Assembly: GCA_036172245.1 (NCBI GenBank)
Contig: JAYWIR010000056.1
Span: 372,001 to 436,000, forward strand
Reading direction: 5' to 3'
DNA length: 64,000 bases
From: Raillietiella orientalis
Lineage: Eukaryota
Below are positions 25,829-39,600 of this stretch, one piece after another. The notes under the pieces were generated by a model. That model was not told where the DNA came from. It did not search any database and saw only the letters and a list, made by a program, of their open reading frames with translations. Made by a program: the position numbers and the translations under genes. Each line of letters starts with the position of its first letter. Position 1 is the stretch's first letter.

Positions 25829-28770
25829 TCTGTTTCACAAATCTGATTATCTTCAATAAAGATGCCCTTTGTCTATTAATTTAATAAACTCAATAAGATA
25901 TTCTTTGACTACAATTTTGCAATTTCATGTACCCTTTGTAATGATATTTGTCATGCTTCATTATACAAGACTTGTTAAAATATGGTGCTAAAATGATGAT
26001 AAAGTGCAAGTTTCTCCTAGCACTGTTAAAACTTAATCAAGTATCAAGTTAAAACAATACACACACACTTATTATTCCCACAGAATGATATGCAGAGGGT
26101 AAAGTCGAAAAAGATATAATTAACTTATAGAAAATAAAGGTATTCAAGACATTATAAGGCTAGCAGAAAGTATTCGAAACCCAGCAGTTCGGGTTAACCA
26201 ATTTTACCCGCCGAGTAAAAAGAACACAAAATGCATCACATGATACTCTGCCCAAACATGCTCATCAGTAGTATGTTAATCTTTCTGAAGGCTATTCAAT
26301 TAAGTAGCAGAACTAACACTTTAAAGTGTGTGACGCATGATAAGAACGATTTTCCCACTTCACTTAGAACAATTAATGTAATTCAGAGTCCCTTTAAAAA
26401 GGGGACGGCCTGCCTAGTTAAAGCAAGCACCCATCTGGTGCACTTACACGCATCACCTCTGAATGCAATGAAATGCTGTCTGTAAGTCTTACTCTTTGAA
26501 AATCTTTCTAAAAGTCCAGATTTCGATCACTCGTATTTGTAAGTTTCTTCTCGTAAACGGAATCGTGTTAACCCCCGCTACTGGCTTTTGAAAAACTGGC
26601 AAATTAAATTCTCCGGAAAGGAATATTATGGTCTTTTTCCCGACATTTAAGCACTCTAGAAATCATCCGATCTTTGTCTCCTGACCCTCATCCTGAAGAC
26701 ATGGCCCATTAAAGCTTATGATCCTTGCCGTGGAACAGAATAATGAAATGCCTCGTCGACCGCCACCATGCTTCAAGAGCACTTATCCCAGTCATTAAAT
26801 GAATGAAACATTTCCGGGAACAGAGGCACGTGCTGCAACGAACCTACGCAATCCATGGGTAAAAAAAAGGGAATTGCAACCACTCGGTTTTTGGTTTCTG
26901 AGCCTTGTAAGCAATACAATCGGAAATCATTCCATCCAGCTATCTCACAGTGCTCTGCTCGCAAGTGCACCCCAAATCGCGTGTGGCTAATCAACAGCTA
27001 AACGAAGGCATACCCCAAAATCGTGATTATCCCCCACAGTCGGAACGTCCATACGAGCCGAATACTGCACGTGCTAATCATCTCATTACGCCATTTCCCT
27101 TTTGTGTTCGTAAAGCAAGAAGTTCTTCTCTCCCACTAATGAAGGTGTGTTTAGCTTCCGATAGGACACCGAGAATCTGGTCTTGTGGCTATTTTTTTTT
27201 TTTTCCTTTGGTTTGGCCATTCGAACGGGGATCTCCATTCCTCCTTGTCAACCCACGTTCCAGCTTCTGGAAAAGAAAAAAGAATCAACTACCTTGGTTT
27301 CTCCTCCATGTCGGTTTTACTTTTTCGGAAAAAGAAAAAATCACCCGCTGCAGCTATTCATCTTGAACTTCAGATCTTCGATGAACCTTGACGCAGGAAG
27401 CCTAGATGCAGCCCGGAATCGACGGGGCCAACGAACCGAAAGCATTTCGTTTCCCACGCTCGGATCAATTCCCGATGAAAACGACGCCGCAAATAGAATC
27501 GCTCTGGCAATACTGGTTATTAACTTTTGGTCAACACAATTCATGCTTTGGTGTAGTGTTCGAATTTCAGCTCTGGAATTTTACGTGTTTTAGATTCGAT
27601 TTTTTTCTCTTCATATTATGGAAACGACCACAGGCACCATCTTCATCTTCCAGACATTGAAAGGCTCGAAAATGCCATTGCAAGTTTCCGATTCTTCAGA
27701 AACCAAGTTCACGACCACACCTCTAAACCATACTTTACGTTCTAATCGAGAATTCGTTCTAAACGTGCTTCTATTGCGGAGGGTGAAATATGTGTAGACG
27801 ATAGATAGGTTGGCTTGGTTAGAATACTTCGTTAATTCATTTGCATGTCCAAGTTACTTTTAATTTCTATAAAGAACATGTGGACATCTTTTAAATCGTC
27901 AGAAGTATACTTCAATTATAAGTTCTCGAATTCCCCGAAATATGTGATTTTCCATAGGAGTAATTGGTATCCTATATGGAAATTTCAGCCTACTGAATTT
28001 CTCGAGGGTTTTTTCTTTTTTTTTTTTTTTAATATAGGCGGTGACAGAAAGTTCGTGACTGACCACGAAATCCTTGTAGTGTTTTGTATTCTAGTCTGAC
28101 AAAAAGTTGCATTCATGTGATTCATCCTTTCAGAACATCTGTGATAGTTTGAGTTGAAAGACGGAAGGAAGATTTCGAAAATCCCGAGGTCAAAGTTCGT
28201 TACCAAAACTTGTGAATATCTTAATAAAATCACACAGAACGTGAAATCGCAAAACAGTAATGAAAGTGTCAATTAAATGGATAGTTGAATATTTATATGG
28301 TAAGCCATAAAGGTAGTGTTTTAGTTGGTCGCGAACACAAGTATCCATTTTTTAAGAAAAAAACTGGTGATGTGAAAAATATTTTATCGTTACCGTTTGT
28401 ATGGTATTAAAAAAAACAATTTGAATTGCCTATACTGCTTCTAGCTGCTAGCGAAAATGATGAAAAAAATGAGTCGGTGGTCGTGTTGGTACAAGTGGAC
28501 ACCGAGTGATGGTGTTGGCAATAGTGTGGGACTAAAGGTTGCCAGCAACACGGGTGGATTGGTGCACGGTGGTGTTTCAACAAGAAAGAAAGAAATCAGC
28601 CGAATAAACGATTAATAAATCAAGTAGCCGAATTGGTGCTATTAAAGCTATTCGCGAACAAAACTGCAATATTGGAGTGATAGTCCTCATTTCTTTTTTT
28701 TTTTAATTTATAACCGCTTTTATTATAAAAAACGCATATATATATATATGTCAAAATCATAAGATGGGTG

Positions 28771-30910
28771 TTATTTGTTTGTGATATGTGTCTCCTTGAG
28801 TGCGGGTCCCGCCAGTTCCAGGTTGTTCGCCCATAGACATCCTTGTAGTGCAAATGTTGGATTTTGTCGGTTTCCAGCATCAATTATATTTCCACAGTAT
28901 TCATTGTCCTCAATTATTTTTCTCGGATGTTCGAAACTTGCTCTTAATTCACCACTATATAAATCCATATTCTTTTGCTTCTTTTTCTCTTCTTTAAACG
29001 GCGCAATCCTTCTTGTTTTTTCATTAAATTCTACATATCGTTTTTCATTTGCTCATCTATTTTCTTTTTTCCTTCTAATAATTTTTCTAGTTCATTAGGG
29101 GTTAGGGGTTTCTTAGGCTTAGGCTCAATTACACTGGGAATGGCAGTACAGGTATCAATAATTGCGCTTTACAATCTTAAATTTCATCCATTACTTATGT
29201 TTTCCTTTCTGTTTATTTTTAATCAAAGCTAAAAAATGATTTATGATTTTCGCAATAAAAAATGTAAAATGGTTGTTTATTTCCACAAAGATTAAGATTT
29301 TTCAAGTTGTTGATATAATGGTTCGTGGAAATATTGCTATTCGAAGATGAATATTTCCAGGCTAAATTATGCCATTTCTCACATAATGTGTAAAAGTAGA
29401 ATGAAAAAAAATATCATTCTACCTATTTTTGTTAGTACGGAAAAGAAAATACCCAATAAAATAAGAAACAAATAAAAAACAAAAGGAAAATTATCAAAAA
29501 TACTATGAAAAAAACAGACAAGATCCTAACCCAGAGAAAAGCACAATATTCTGCAAAGTAAAAAAAAAAGGGGGGGGGACTTCAATCCAATATTAGCCAC
29601 AAACTTTAAAAACATTGATAACCACCTTTCTAAGTCAGTAAATCAGTGAAATAAGGAGTGACTATATTATGAAATTACAGAAAAATAATATCACTATTTG
29701 TTGCATCAATCGTAAACGTACCCATTCAGCACACAAAGGAGCAGATCCTGATGGTGTAAGTTATTACTTATGATATTGCAAAACAAAATTTAATATATAT
29801 AAACCTTGATTAGTTGTTCCAGTTGAAGCAGTGAAAACACGCAAACATTAAATTATTAATATGAAAGAGAAAAATCCCATGAACTTGGAAATAAAACAGA
29901 CAAAAACACAAAATTGATACTATGTTGAATGACCAAGCAAAAGTCACGTTTTCAACCAGTTGGATAAAAACAAAGATATGTGTAATTATTTTCTTCACAG
30001 AAAAGACATTTATGATTATATTCCCCTAACTTACAAAGTGCTTGTTGGTAAAAATTTTCTCGTTGATCCAAAGAGTGCAAAATGCAAGTTACCATTTGCA
30101 TACCATTTTGCAAGTGCAAAAAAGAAGTCAAATTGATTTAAGGTTGGCGTTAAAGTTTTTGGTGGATATGTATTATTTTTTCGCTATGAAAAAATTAAAA
30201 CCAGCGGATTTGACGAAATGATAAAAACAAATACGTTTCAATTTCACAGATATAATACTTTACGTGGTCAATTCGAAAAATGACAAGTACAACCACTCCT
30301 TCGTAAATTGAAAAAACCGCGAAGCATTTTCAACATATGTTGATGAACATCAAACTGAATCGAAAGCAATCAACAGACAAAAAGCAGAATACAACACTTT
30401 TATCAAAGCAAAATTTTCTGCGTATGAAAATGATGGTTTAGATCTAAAAAAAGAGAGAGAGAGAGAGAACAAATCTCTTAATTATAATTATACTGCAAAT
30501 TACGAAAAAAGCAAGTTTTGAACCACTCGAATTAACACCGGGAGAACTCACCCAACTATTAAAAGACCTGAAAGAGTTAAACTAAGGAACCAACCTTATC
30601 AAAAAAAATATCAAGCAAGAGTTCATGTAAATCGAAAAGTGAGTGCACTAATGAATAATCTCAGGGCTGATATAAAATTTATGACAAAAGTAAAAATAAC
30701 CATTTAGATAAATTAGTACTAATGATAAATTTGCAACTGAAAACAGAAACATTGGCAAGTATTTTTCAATATCATGAATAACAGCAGGTGCTGGTTTGAC
30801 TACAATTATTTATAGAACACTTGGAGCAACTGGATTAATAGGGGCTGGAATCTTAGGGATTTATAGTATAAAAAATATATTAAAAATAGCATACCTACTA
30901 AAGAAATGTT
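28771..30910. pseudogene. AT-rich region with fragmented, protein-like reading frames (possible decayed gene or mobile/viral element)
   Basis: Minus strand about 29175-28771: IVKRNIDTCTAIPSVIEPKPKKPLTPNELEKLLEGKKKIDEQMKND*, with continuations in shifted frames. Plus strand about 30315-30910: EAFSTYVDEHQTESKAINRQKAEYNTFIKAKF and AGAGLTTIIYRTLGATGLIGAGILGIYSIKNI, broken by stops. No diagnostic motif. Confidence 0.2.
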
Positions 30911-33900
30911 TTCAGAAGTAAATTTGAAGAAAGATATCATTTTAAATCATCATACTTACTAGAAAAAGTTATTAATAGTGTAGATAAAAGCCCACCAATA
31001 TTTTCAGTTTTTTTTATTTTCAAATCTTTTTGCTATAATGTGAGTTCAATAAAAAATAAGAATAAACCACTGCCATTACTAGATTAAATTATCTTTTCAA
31101 GATCATTTATTTTTTTCTTAAATAAATAATAATTGCTATCAACAACAGTAAGGGTTGAAACCAGCAATATCATCTTAAAAATCTCTTGCAAGGTAATCAT
31201 CTCCTCTGTGACATTTGAGTTAAACAGGGAGTGATTTTCTCTCACTGTAATTTTCAAGCTAAAATGATACAATTGAAAAGATTAAACAAGAATATTATAA
31301 AAAAACTTTCAATTTCTTTGATCAAATAAACAAATATTAAACAAATACTTGACTTTTCATGTAAATAAATACTCCCACTTTTCAATAAGGTTTTAGACTA
31401 TGCAAAAGCCGTAAATTCTTGTTAAACTACAAATGTAAGAGTAATTCTCAAACTCTATTCTTACAATTTTTTCTTTGACAATAAAATTACAGGATGTACA
31501 CGGTTTTGATACTGGTTTAACTCCATTTAAATTAAATTAATTTTTCTAATCCTTTTTCCACTTGTTCTTTTGTTTGTAGATTTATGGCACGGGATGAAAA
31601 TTTGTAATTGAATATTCCAAGTTGTAATGACAACTATCATAGAAGTTTTAAATTCAATAAAGGTTTCCTACGACGAAACTTCAAATATAAAAGTGGTTTT
31701 ACATCGTATTTCTTTTGATACGAGTAATTAGACGTTTGCGAAACTCTAATTTAGAAATTGTGTATTCTTAGCAAGTTGGGTTTTCCCCAACTTTCTAATT
31801 TTATGTTAGATTTAAGAGAAACTTTGAGATATATTGGAATTCGTTGAAAAGCAATCTATTTAGCCTGAACTCATGGTTAAGGCGGAGTGTTTTCAAAAAT
31901 GTGAATGAAAGTTTGTAATTGCTGTAATTATTTGACAGTTAATCAGGAAAAGTACAGAGTAAAATTGATTTAATAGGAAAAGCGAAGTTAAATTTTGAAC
32001 ATAGGCGGATTGTTTTTGTGATACGCTTTTAAAAACATATCGTTAATGTCGAAGAAGCAAATAAATATTTAAAGTCTCGAATTCGTAGATTGCAGTAGTG
32101 TTATGTTCAGTGTATTCACTTTTGAGAACAAATGGAAAACAATTATATGAATGATGCAAATTTCTCAGTGATGTTGGCTCAATCTTTCGCTTTCTTGGAG
32201 GAGCATTTGCAATCAAAATCGTTAACCGTTTCCACAAAGCAATAGAGGTCTTTTGTGGGATAATCCGGTCTTTTAGACCATTTTTCTGCTGAAGTCATTA
32301 ATGCATTATTGTCGCTGATCGAAAAAGATCATCAAATTTTGTGAAATCACTTGAAGCGTAAGCTTAAAAGCACCTGACAGCTGCTTTTGAATCAATATCC
32401 CACAATAAATATTGTCACTTTTCATGTTTACCTCCACGGTTTGGCTGTAAAGATACGAGAAGAAAATTTCCACATGGGTTTTTCCACCTTTGCTGCAGCC
32501 GCTCCACCACTGATAGCCGAAACGAATTCAAAGTGATGGAAACGGATTCGAAGTCCCACAACGATGCAACGACTCTGAAGATCACTTCAGATCAAATTTT
32601 GATCCACTGAATCATCTGAGTAAACCACCTGCTCGCAGATTGAAAATCGGAAGCAACTAATGATGGAATCACGATTTGGTTCCGTTTGCGTTTCGAAGTT
32701 TCCATTTTCGGAAAAAAAAAAAAATCCAGGCTAACATGTAAGCGTACTCAAGGTGTCCACCCTTACTGCAATTATTAAAAACCTCGATGCATATTCCTTC
32801 ATTATATGATGGATGAAATAGAATTTCTCCATGGAAATTTTTAGCAGTTTCCTGAAGTTTTAGATGAAATCGAGCTCTTCGGTGAATGGGGCTTACGATG
32901 CCCTCGGGTTTCGGCATTCTTTTGAGTAATGAGCTGAAACACTAAGCATGTAAATCAAGTTTGAAAATGATCACAGTATGAACGTGTTAAAACATTGAAA
33001 TAGTGGATTGAAAGAAACATAATGAACTTTTTATTCACTTTCCTTTGACCGGAACTTTCTTTGACTTCCTAAGGGGTAAGGATGCTTGATTGGTACATTT
33101 TTAGCCATTGCATTCGTAATAAATGCAGTGATAGCTGATACTCTTGTCAGGAGCTTGAAAGTAGAAAAACGCGAACGGTTGAATCTACAAAACGTGAATA
33201 TAGAAGAAGTTCCACACGCTGCAAGCAATGTCGTTTAAAGTTATGCGTGCAACTGGATGACTCGGAAGCATTAGGACTTTTCCTGAGAAAAGGAATGAAT
33301 CGTCTCTTCGAGCAAAGAGCGATCCCGAGCTTGTTAAGAGATTTAAAATTCTGCTGATCAGAAGGGAACCGAAAGGTCACACGCATGCCATCATACACAC
33401 AAGTACATGATTCAAACTTCAGCCCTTTTCTATAGCGTACACCGAAAACGTCACCCACAGAAATTAGGGTTCATTATCTGAACAAGGGTCCCTGAACACA
33501 AACGTGACAAGTGCATCTTATTCGTGTTGATCGGGGAGCTTGATTGCCTTTTTGCAATCACAAACCATCCTGGAAGCTTGCGTGTGATTTTCCACTTTTC
33601 CCTTTTCTCAGAAATTAAATGAAACGTCTCCAAACCAGTCGCGTGCTCCAAAATGAACCCAATCGGCATGCTAGAGACCATTAACAAATTGCTCACTCCG
33701 TTGGTGCCTCCCTCACATTGGAGAATACTTCTCAGACGGCTGTTCCATTATTTATGTTCTGAAAGATGATCTCGAAAACTAAAAAAGAACACACACGCAC
33801 AATTAAACTTATGGAAATAATGCAATTCTTTTACGAAAATAGTCCAGGATTCCATTACTGGTTGCAGGTTGCAAAGCTCTAAAGCATGATTCTTTCGACT

Positions 33901-34380
33901 TGGAGGGAAACACCTGTTTATTTGTGATGCACCAGCTTGCACCTTTTCATGTTTGTGCAATTGAGCCCGATAAAGGAAAAAAAAAAACTGCTCAATTTTA
34001 ATGTTTATTATTTTATGATGCCATTTGTTTTCTCCCAAGAATTCACTTGAAGAGTGTCATAACAGTAATTTAGAAACTGGTGCCTGTGGTATGAACAGAC
34101 TGGTCGAGAAGATCAAATTGCAGACATTAGGATTCTTGTTCTTGAAGGAAAGAGCTTCCCTGTTGAGGTCGTTTAAAAAGCAATGCGTTCCCAAATTACT
34201 TTAATAATCGGATGTACATTTCTACCAAATCTAAATTAATTTGTACACGGAAGAAAATGGCTTTACATCACTTTCTGTAAAATGATCTAAGATCGGGATA
34301 ATATTTCAGATTACTAAGTCTCATTGAAGATTAACATGCTGCTGTTTTCACGGGATAGGTGAGCATTCATCAATAACGTA

Positions 34381-34413
34381 AAGAAAGAAAGAGAAAGAGA
34401 GAGAGAGAGAGAG
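34381..34413. repeat. (GAAA)/(GA)n microsatellite
   Basis: Read directly from the sequence. Confidence 0.8.
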
Positions 34414-36692
34414 TGGTTTCGTAACGATTTGTTATCTGTGATCATTTTAAGTGCCCTTCGAAAGTGAATGTGAGGCATCTCCAAGCCCAGTTACTGTTCT
34501 TGTGACTGAGGACAAGAAAATGTAGCATGAAAACAACACAATTCGTGTTGGAACAGGGTGCCTCGCGCTGGCATAAAGTTGGAAATTTCGTCCACATTTT
34601 TTTTTTTTTCTAAAAAAAAAAAAACTTCAATTCTAAGAACGATGAAGAGATTTAAAAACAGTCTAGGGGGGTTAAGCCGTTCCAAAGAAAGATGTCTATG
34701 CACAAGAGCTGCTGCAAAATTTTCAACTTCTGAAAAGTTGACCAGTCTTGTCCAGTGCAAGTCTGAGTAGTCCTAGTCTTGTCCTATCAATTTTCTTCAA
34801 ACTTAATTTTTTTAATGCACAGAGTGTGCTTACTGAATTTAACCAGCTTAACGAGCAATTCATTACGTCATCGAATTTGGATGCAGATAATCAGCTTCGC
34901 TGATGCATAGTTTATGAACAAAATGATGGATAAGTTAAGCAAAATTGAAACTTTCCTATTTCTTCCACTTCCATGTTTTCACGAATACGTGTAAATTCAC
35001 GTGTACGATAAGGGATTCGTTCACATACATTCTGCAACTTCCGATCGCGTCGCTTAGCATTTTCATGCTGGGTCACTAGGGATGGATATGTTCGTATTTA
35101 CAAAACGTTGCACAACTGATTCACCAGGGAAACCCGAATTCTCTGCATCTCCTGAAAAAGAAAAAGAGGCTGGCACTCAGTTGAGATCTTTGAGAGCCAA
35201 AGCAGAATAGATGGAAGATTCCGAATGCTGTGTCCAAGATTTTGGTACCGACAGAGAGGGGGGAACCTTTGGCAGAAGCTTCCACCGTGTGTTTGGGTAA
35301 AACTCGGCCCTGCGAGGGGAAAGACGGAGCATGCTGAAATCAAAGCAATCGTACTTTCAAGTACACCTTAGGCAGATGCAAAGATGCTGGAATCTCTGAT
35401 GATACCAGTTCCTCACAACTGACCAAGGAAGTGTTTGTTTTTCATCTCTGCTTCTAGAAGTGCATGATCTCTCATTTACAAACGTAAACCACAACAACAA
35501 CCCCCATTCTCTTCTTTCCTGTCTACTTCGGGGGATCTTTCGGTTATTTCCCCCAAACGCTTGAATAGACTCTGATTTCGTACTGATGAGGGATGCTCTT
35601 TTAAATTCTTCTGAGGAACTTCGGAGTCCATGAAGGACTTTTGCATCGTCATGCGTTGACGTATTTGTCGTCATCGTAATCACTTTATCTCGTATTTGGA
35701 GGCATTACACCTTTCGAACTTTCGGTCCAGTTTCAGGACAAGACTTCTCATTTTGAGCACAAATTGTTTCACGCTTCCGATGCAGTGCACACTGGATTCA
35801 AGTGCACAGATTCCTACGAAGATCCGAGAAAACCGATCGTGTCACTACGCAAATTACACTAATCATGGCTGCGTAATGCCATTAACCTCTGCATGAAATG
35901 CAAGGCAAAATTGAGACGGTTGGTTGAACGGTTGCTGAATTGCAGCACGAGCATCGGAAGCTGGGGCCTTTTGCATCTGTAGGGATAGAGTGGCAGCCTG
36001 AGTGAACCTTTGCTGGGCACACTCAAGTACCAATGCAGAAAAGGAACAGTAGCAACTTCCACATGGCAGGGGGAATGAAGTTTAGATAAACTTTCTTTTT
36101 TTTTTCCTACTTACCATGGAATATGCAGGCTTTTTGATTCTGTTCTTAGCTGTATGTGAGCTAAAAATGCAGCGAAAGTGATTGTGGGAATTTATCTGGA
36201 AACACCGATTCCATCAAGAGAAAAATGGGGATGGAGATAGGAAATTAGGCGACAACGCACCCATCACATCAATGCAAACTTTGAATGAAAAAAAAGGGCC
36301 CACTTCCGCCTTGAATGAATCTTACCGAAACCGACAGGTGAAATGAAGTGAATGGCTGCAAGTAAACCTTAGTGAGAGTTTTGCAGGTAATAAAAATGGA
36401 TCTTTTTTTAATTCACGACGGCGAGTTATTTCAGAAAACTTTCAATGAAAAATATGGAACGCAAGCACGATAAATATACCAAGCTCCCATTATGTATCAC
36501 GTGACATTGCAGAGAGGTACACACACATCACCTTCCAGTCATTTTTTTCTCTTTTCTTTTTAAATGAATCGAAAATTTGGTTGCTAGAAACTTTAAAATA
36601 CATTTATTAACTAATGGACATATTTACACACGCATATCGGCACAACACGTACGCATATACACAGAGATGTGATCTCCAAATTCTGTATGGAT

Positions 36693-39600
36693 TCAGATGA
36701 TGAACATGTAAATGGGGCGATTTCTAATGGTCTTTTGATTCAGTTCTCTAATTGCTCTTTGTGCTAAAGAAGGGTTAGCAAATGCTACTCTTGCATCACC
36801 AGTTGGTTGTCCTTTTTCGTTATAACGTCTTATTATGTTCTCCTTCGTTACATCAAAACTCTCGAAAAAGTCTATCAGTTCATCTATGCTTGCTTTAAAG
36901 GGCACATTTTCCAATGCTACAACACAGCCTGGTCTTCCAAAATTGTCGACCGAAGTTGAATTCCCACCAGAAACTATTCCTTCTATATTACTAGGTCCGT
37001 GCATACGAGGAGGACCAGGCATGAAACCCGACCCACCACGGGGCCGGTTCATGACCATCTGAGGAGCATGTCCAAGCAGCCCCTGGCCAGGTACGGGGCG
37101 AGCAGGAAACCTTGGGCGAACTGAAGCAAATTCCGAATTAGGAGTAGGGGTATCTATAAGATTCGACTGAGGGGCGTTGGCTACTCCAAGTGCAGATTCC
37201 ATTTCTCTTCGAGCTACTGCACACACTGTGATTCTGTGGTTTCCCAAGAAACTACCATTTTTCGAAGCAGCACGGCGCACATCTTCCGTGGTAGCAAACT
37301 CACAGAAGGCGTCGCCAGACGGGGCACCAAACCGATCTAGCATCACGTGGATTCGAATGGGACACAGTCCGACGTCGGAATAAAAGTCCACGACTTCCCT
37401 GTCGGTAGCGGTGGCGGGCAGTCCACGCATTATCACACAATCTGTAATCGGAGGGTCTTGGGGCTCAGGAAGCAATCCCACACTTTGACCCCTCATATCC
37501 TGTCTACACGTTTCCATTGCTTCGGGAGTAGACGCACTCAGACGCACATAGCAGTGGTTCAACGTCTGATTGGATAATTTACTGATAGCTTCTTTCGCTT
37601 CAGCAGCTGATGAGAGGCGAGCATAAGCCAACCCAGAACATCGCCTGTCTTTATCCAGTTCAATGATTGTATCCAGGACGTGGTAACCAGAGAGGAACTT
37701 CAGGAGTGCTTCCTCGTTGCAATGTGCGGGAAGGCCACGTAAGGAAACTACTGTCAGGTCTCTACGGTCACTTTGGGAGTTTTCTTCGTGCTCTGAGCTA
37801 GGAGTCTGCCTGTACACAGCTTCCGAGAGGGGAAGCATATCAATGCTTTCCCCTTGAAACAAATGCCAACTGCGCTGGAGAGCATGGTCTCTGTCAGCGA
37901 CTTTTGAGAACTGAACGTAGGCCAGGCCTGTTCGCTTTCCTTGATTGTCTAGTACCAATTTAACACCTTCTATAGTCAGACCCATTCCCTTGAAAAATTC
38001 TCGAACGTCTTTAGCAGTGGCTTTAAGAGGAAGATTGCGCAACTCAACGCAAGTCAACGCATTGTTACTCGTTGTATCAGAGGAAATTTCTAGTATGTCT
38101 GGACCTCTGTCTTGCGTTGGATTTATTGGCTCAAAGCGTGACACACGGCGAGGCTTTCCACCTTCACGGCTACGTACGCGATTGACTGTTCCTTCGGGGA
38201 ATCTCTGAGAAGGAAGTGAAATTGTTTCATCATGAGCTCCAAAAAACTCATTCCTTTCGTTATGATCTAAGTGAACACCATCTTCATATATTCCCATGGG
38301 TTTGGGTAATAGGCCGGGTCTTTCTTCGGGATGCATTCTGTTTCCCAAATACTCATCGTTTCGGAAAACTCCAACATTGTTCCCTCCTGCTCCAGTGTAC
38401 ATGGTCATGATTCCAGCGTTATCGCTGCAACAGATTACTAAATGAATACCACAGCCAATGAATCTCAAAAACGTACACAAACTCAGACTGGACTCTGTTA
38501 AAACCAAAGCCGACATTCCCGGAATATATGTCACCAGGAAGAGTTTCGCAATACTGCTCGCCGATGGGAGCTCCGGACCACTCCACTCGGCCACGATCAC
38601 GAACATCCATAAAGCGCCCCTGATCATCAAATGATCCTTTCATGTGTTCTTTCGTTGGAGAAGGCAAAAGTCCAGGCCGTCCCTGTAATAACAGAATGCA
38701 AGCTTGAAATGGAAGACCAAAACAGCTACAAACCTGTGATTTGTAAAAATTCCACGCTTCGCCAGGCATCATTTCGTTCCTACCATTGATTAAAGGAACA
38801 CCTGGTCTATTCATGTCTCTTTTCGAAAAATTATCATCATCTTTATGTCTGTCCCTATCTCTGTCAAACTTCTCACGCTCATCTCTTTTTCTACGATCTC
38901 TACGATCTTTGCTACGACTACGTCTGCGTAGTCTATCACGACTACGACTCCTGCTTTTGCTCCTCTCTCTCCGGAAACGCCGATCTCTTTCCCTGTCTCT
39001 ATCCTTCTTCTTTTCCCGAGAACGCGACCTTTCTCTTCTTTTGTTCCTGTCTTTCTCGATGTCCTTGAATTCTGGTAGCCCAGAATTCTCCGGTGCAGCC
39101 GTTGTGCTAGGACCATTTGCTGCGGTAGTACTGGCGTTTGTGGAAGGAGTTGACGAAAATGGAGAATTCATGGGAAGGAGTCCCTGTAACGCTAAGGTTT
39201 GCTGTCTTGCTGTTTCGATGACTTTCTGCATCTCAGCACGAGAACTGAGGAAAAGCTTAATCCTAACTTCCTTAATTTTCCCACTGTCTAGCATCATGGC
39301 CTGTCGAGCATCTTCATCCGTGCTGAAAGAAATTATATTTGTTCAAAAAAAAGGTTTTTTTTTTTTTTTTTTTCGTTACATAAAAGACAGAAATCCAAAT
39401 GAAAATTCAGGCTCTTGGCAATTACATTTCACAGACCTACGTGTTTTTCTTTTGCCCTGCTCAATTACAGGGAAGCACTGAAGGGGGCAATTATGCTAAC
39501 ATTTGGGCACAAATGTCACAAATGTCCGTGGAAGAATGGAGTTGTGGAAAGCGACCCACCATTGCATCATTACAATTATGACAAGAAATACTGCTACACA

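Noticed and set aside
33151..33357. STRCKQCRLKLCV segment resembling a piggyBac Cys-rich tail
   Set aside because: The motif is incomplete, with no DDD transposase core or TTAA-flanked terminal repeats seen.
38786..39481. 231-aa plus-strand L/S/R-rich ORF
   Set aside because: Antisense shadow of the RBM12 RS/RD exon.
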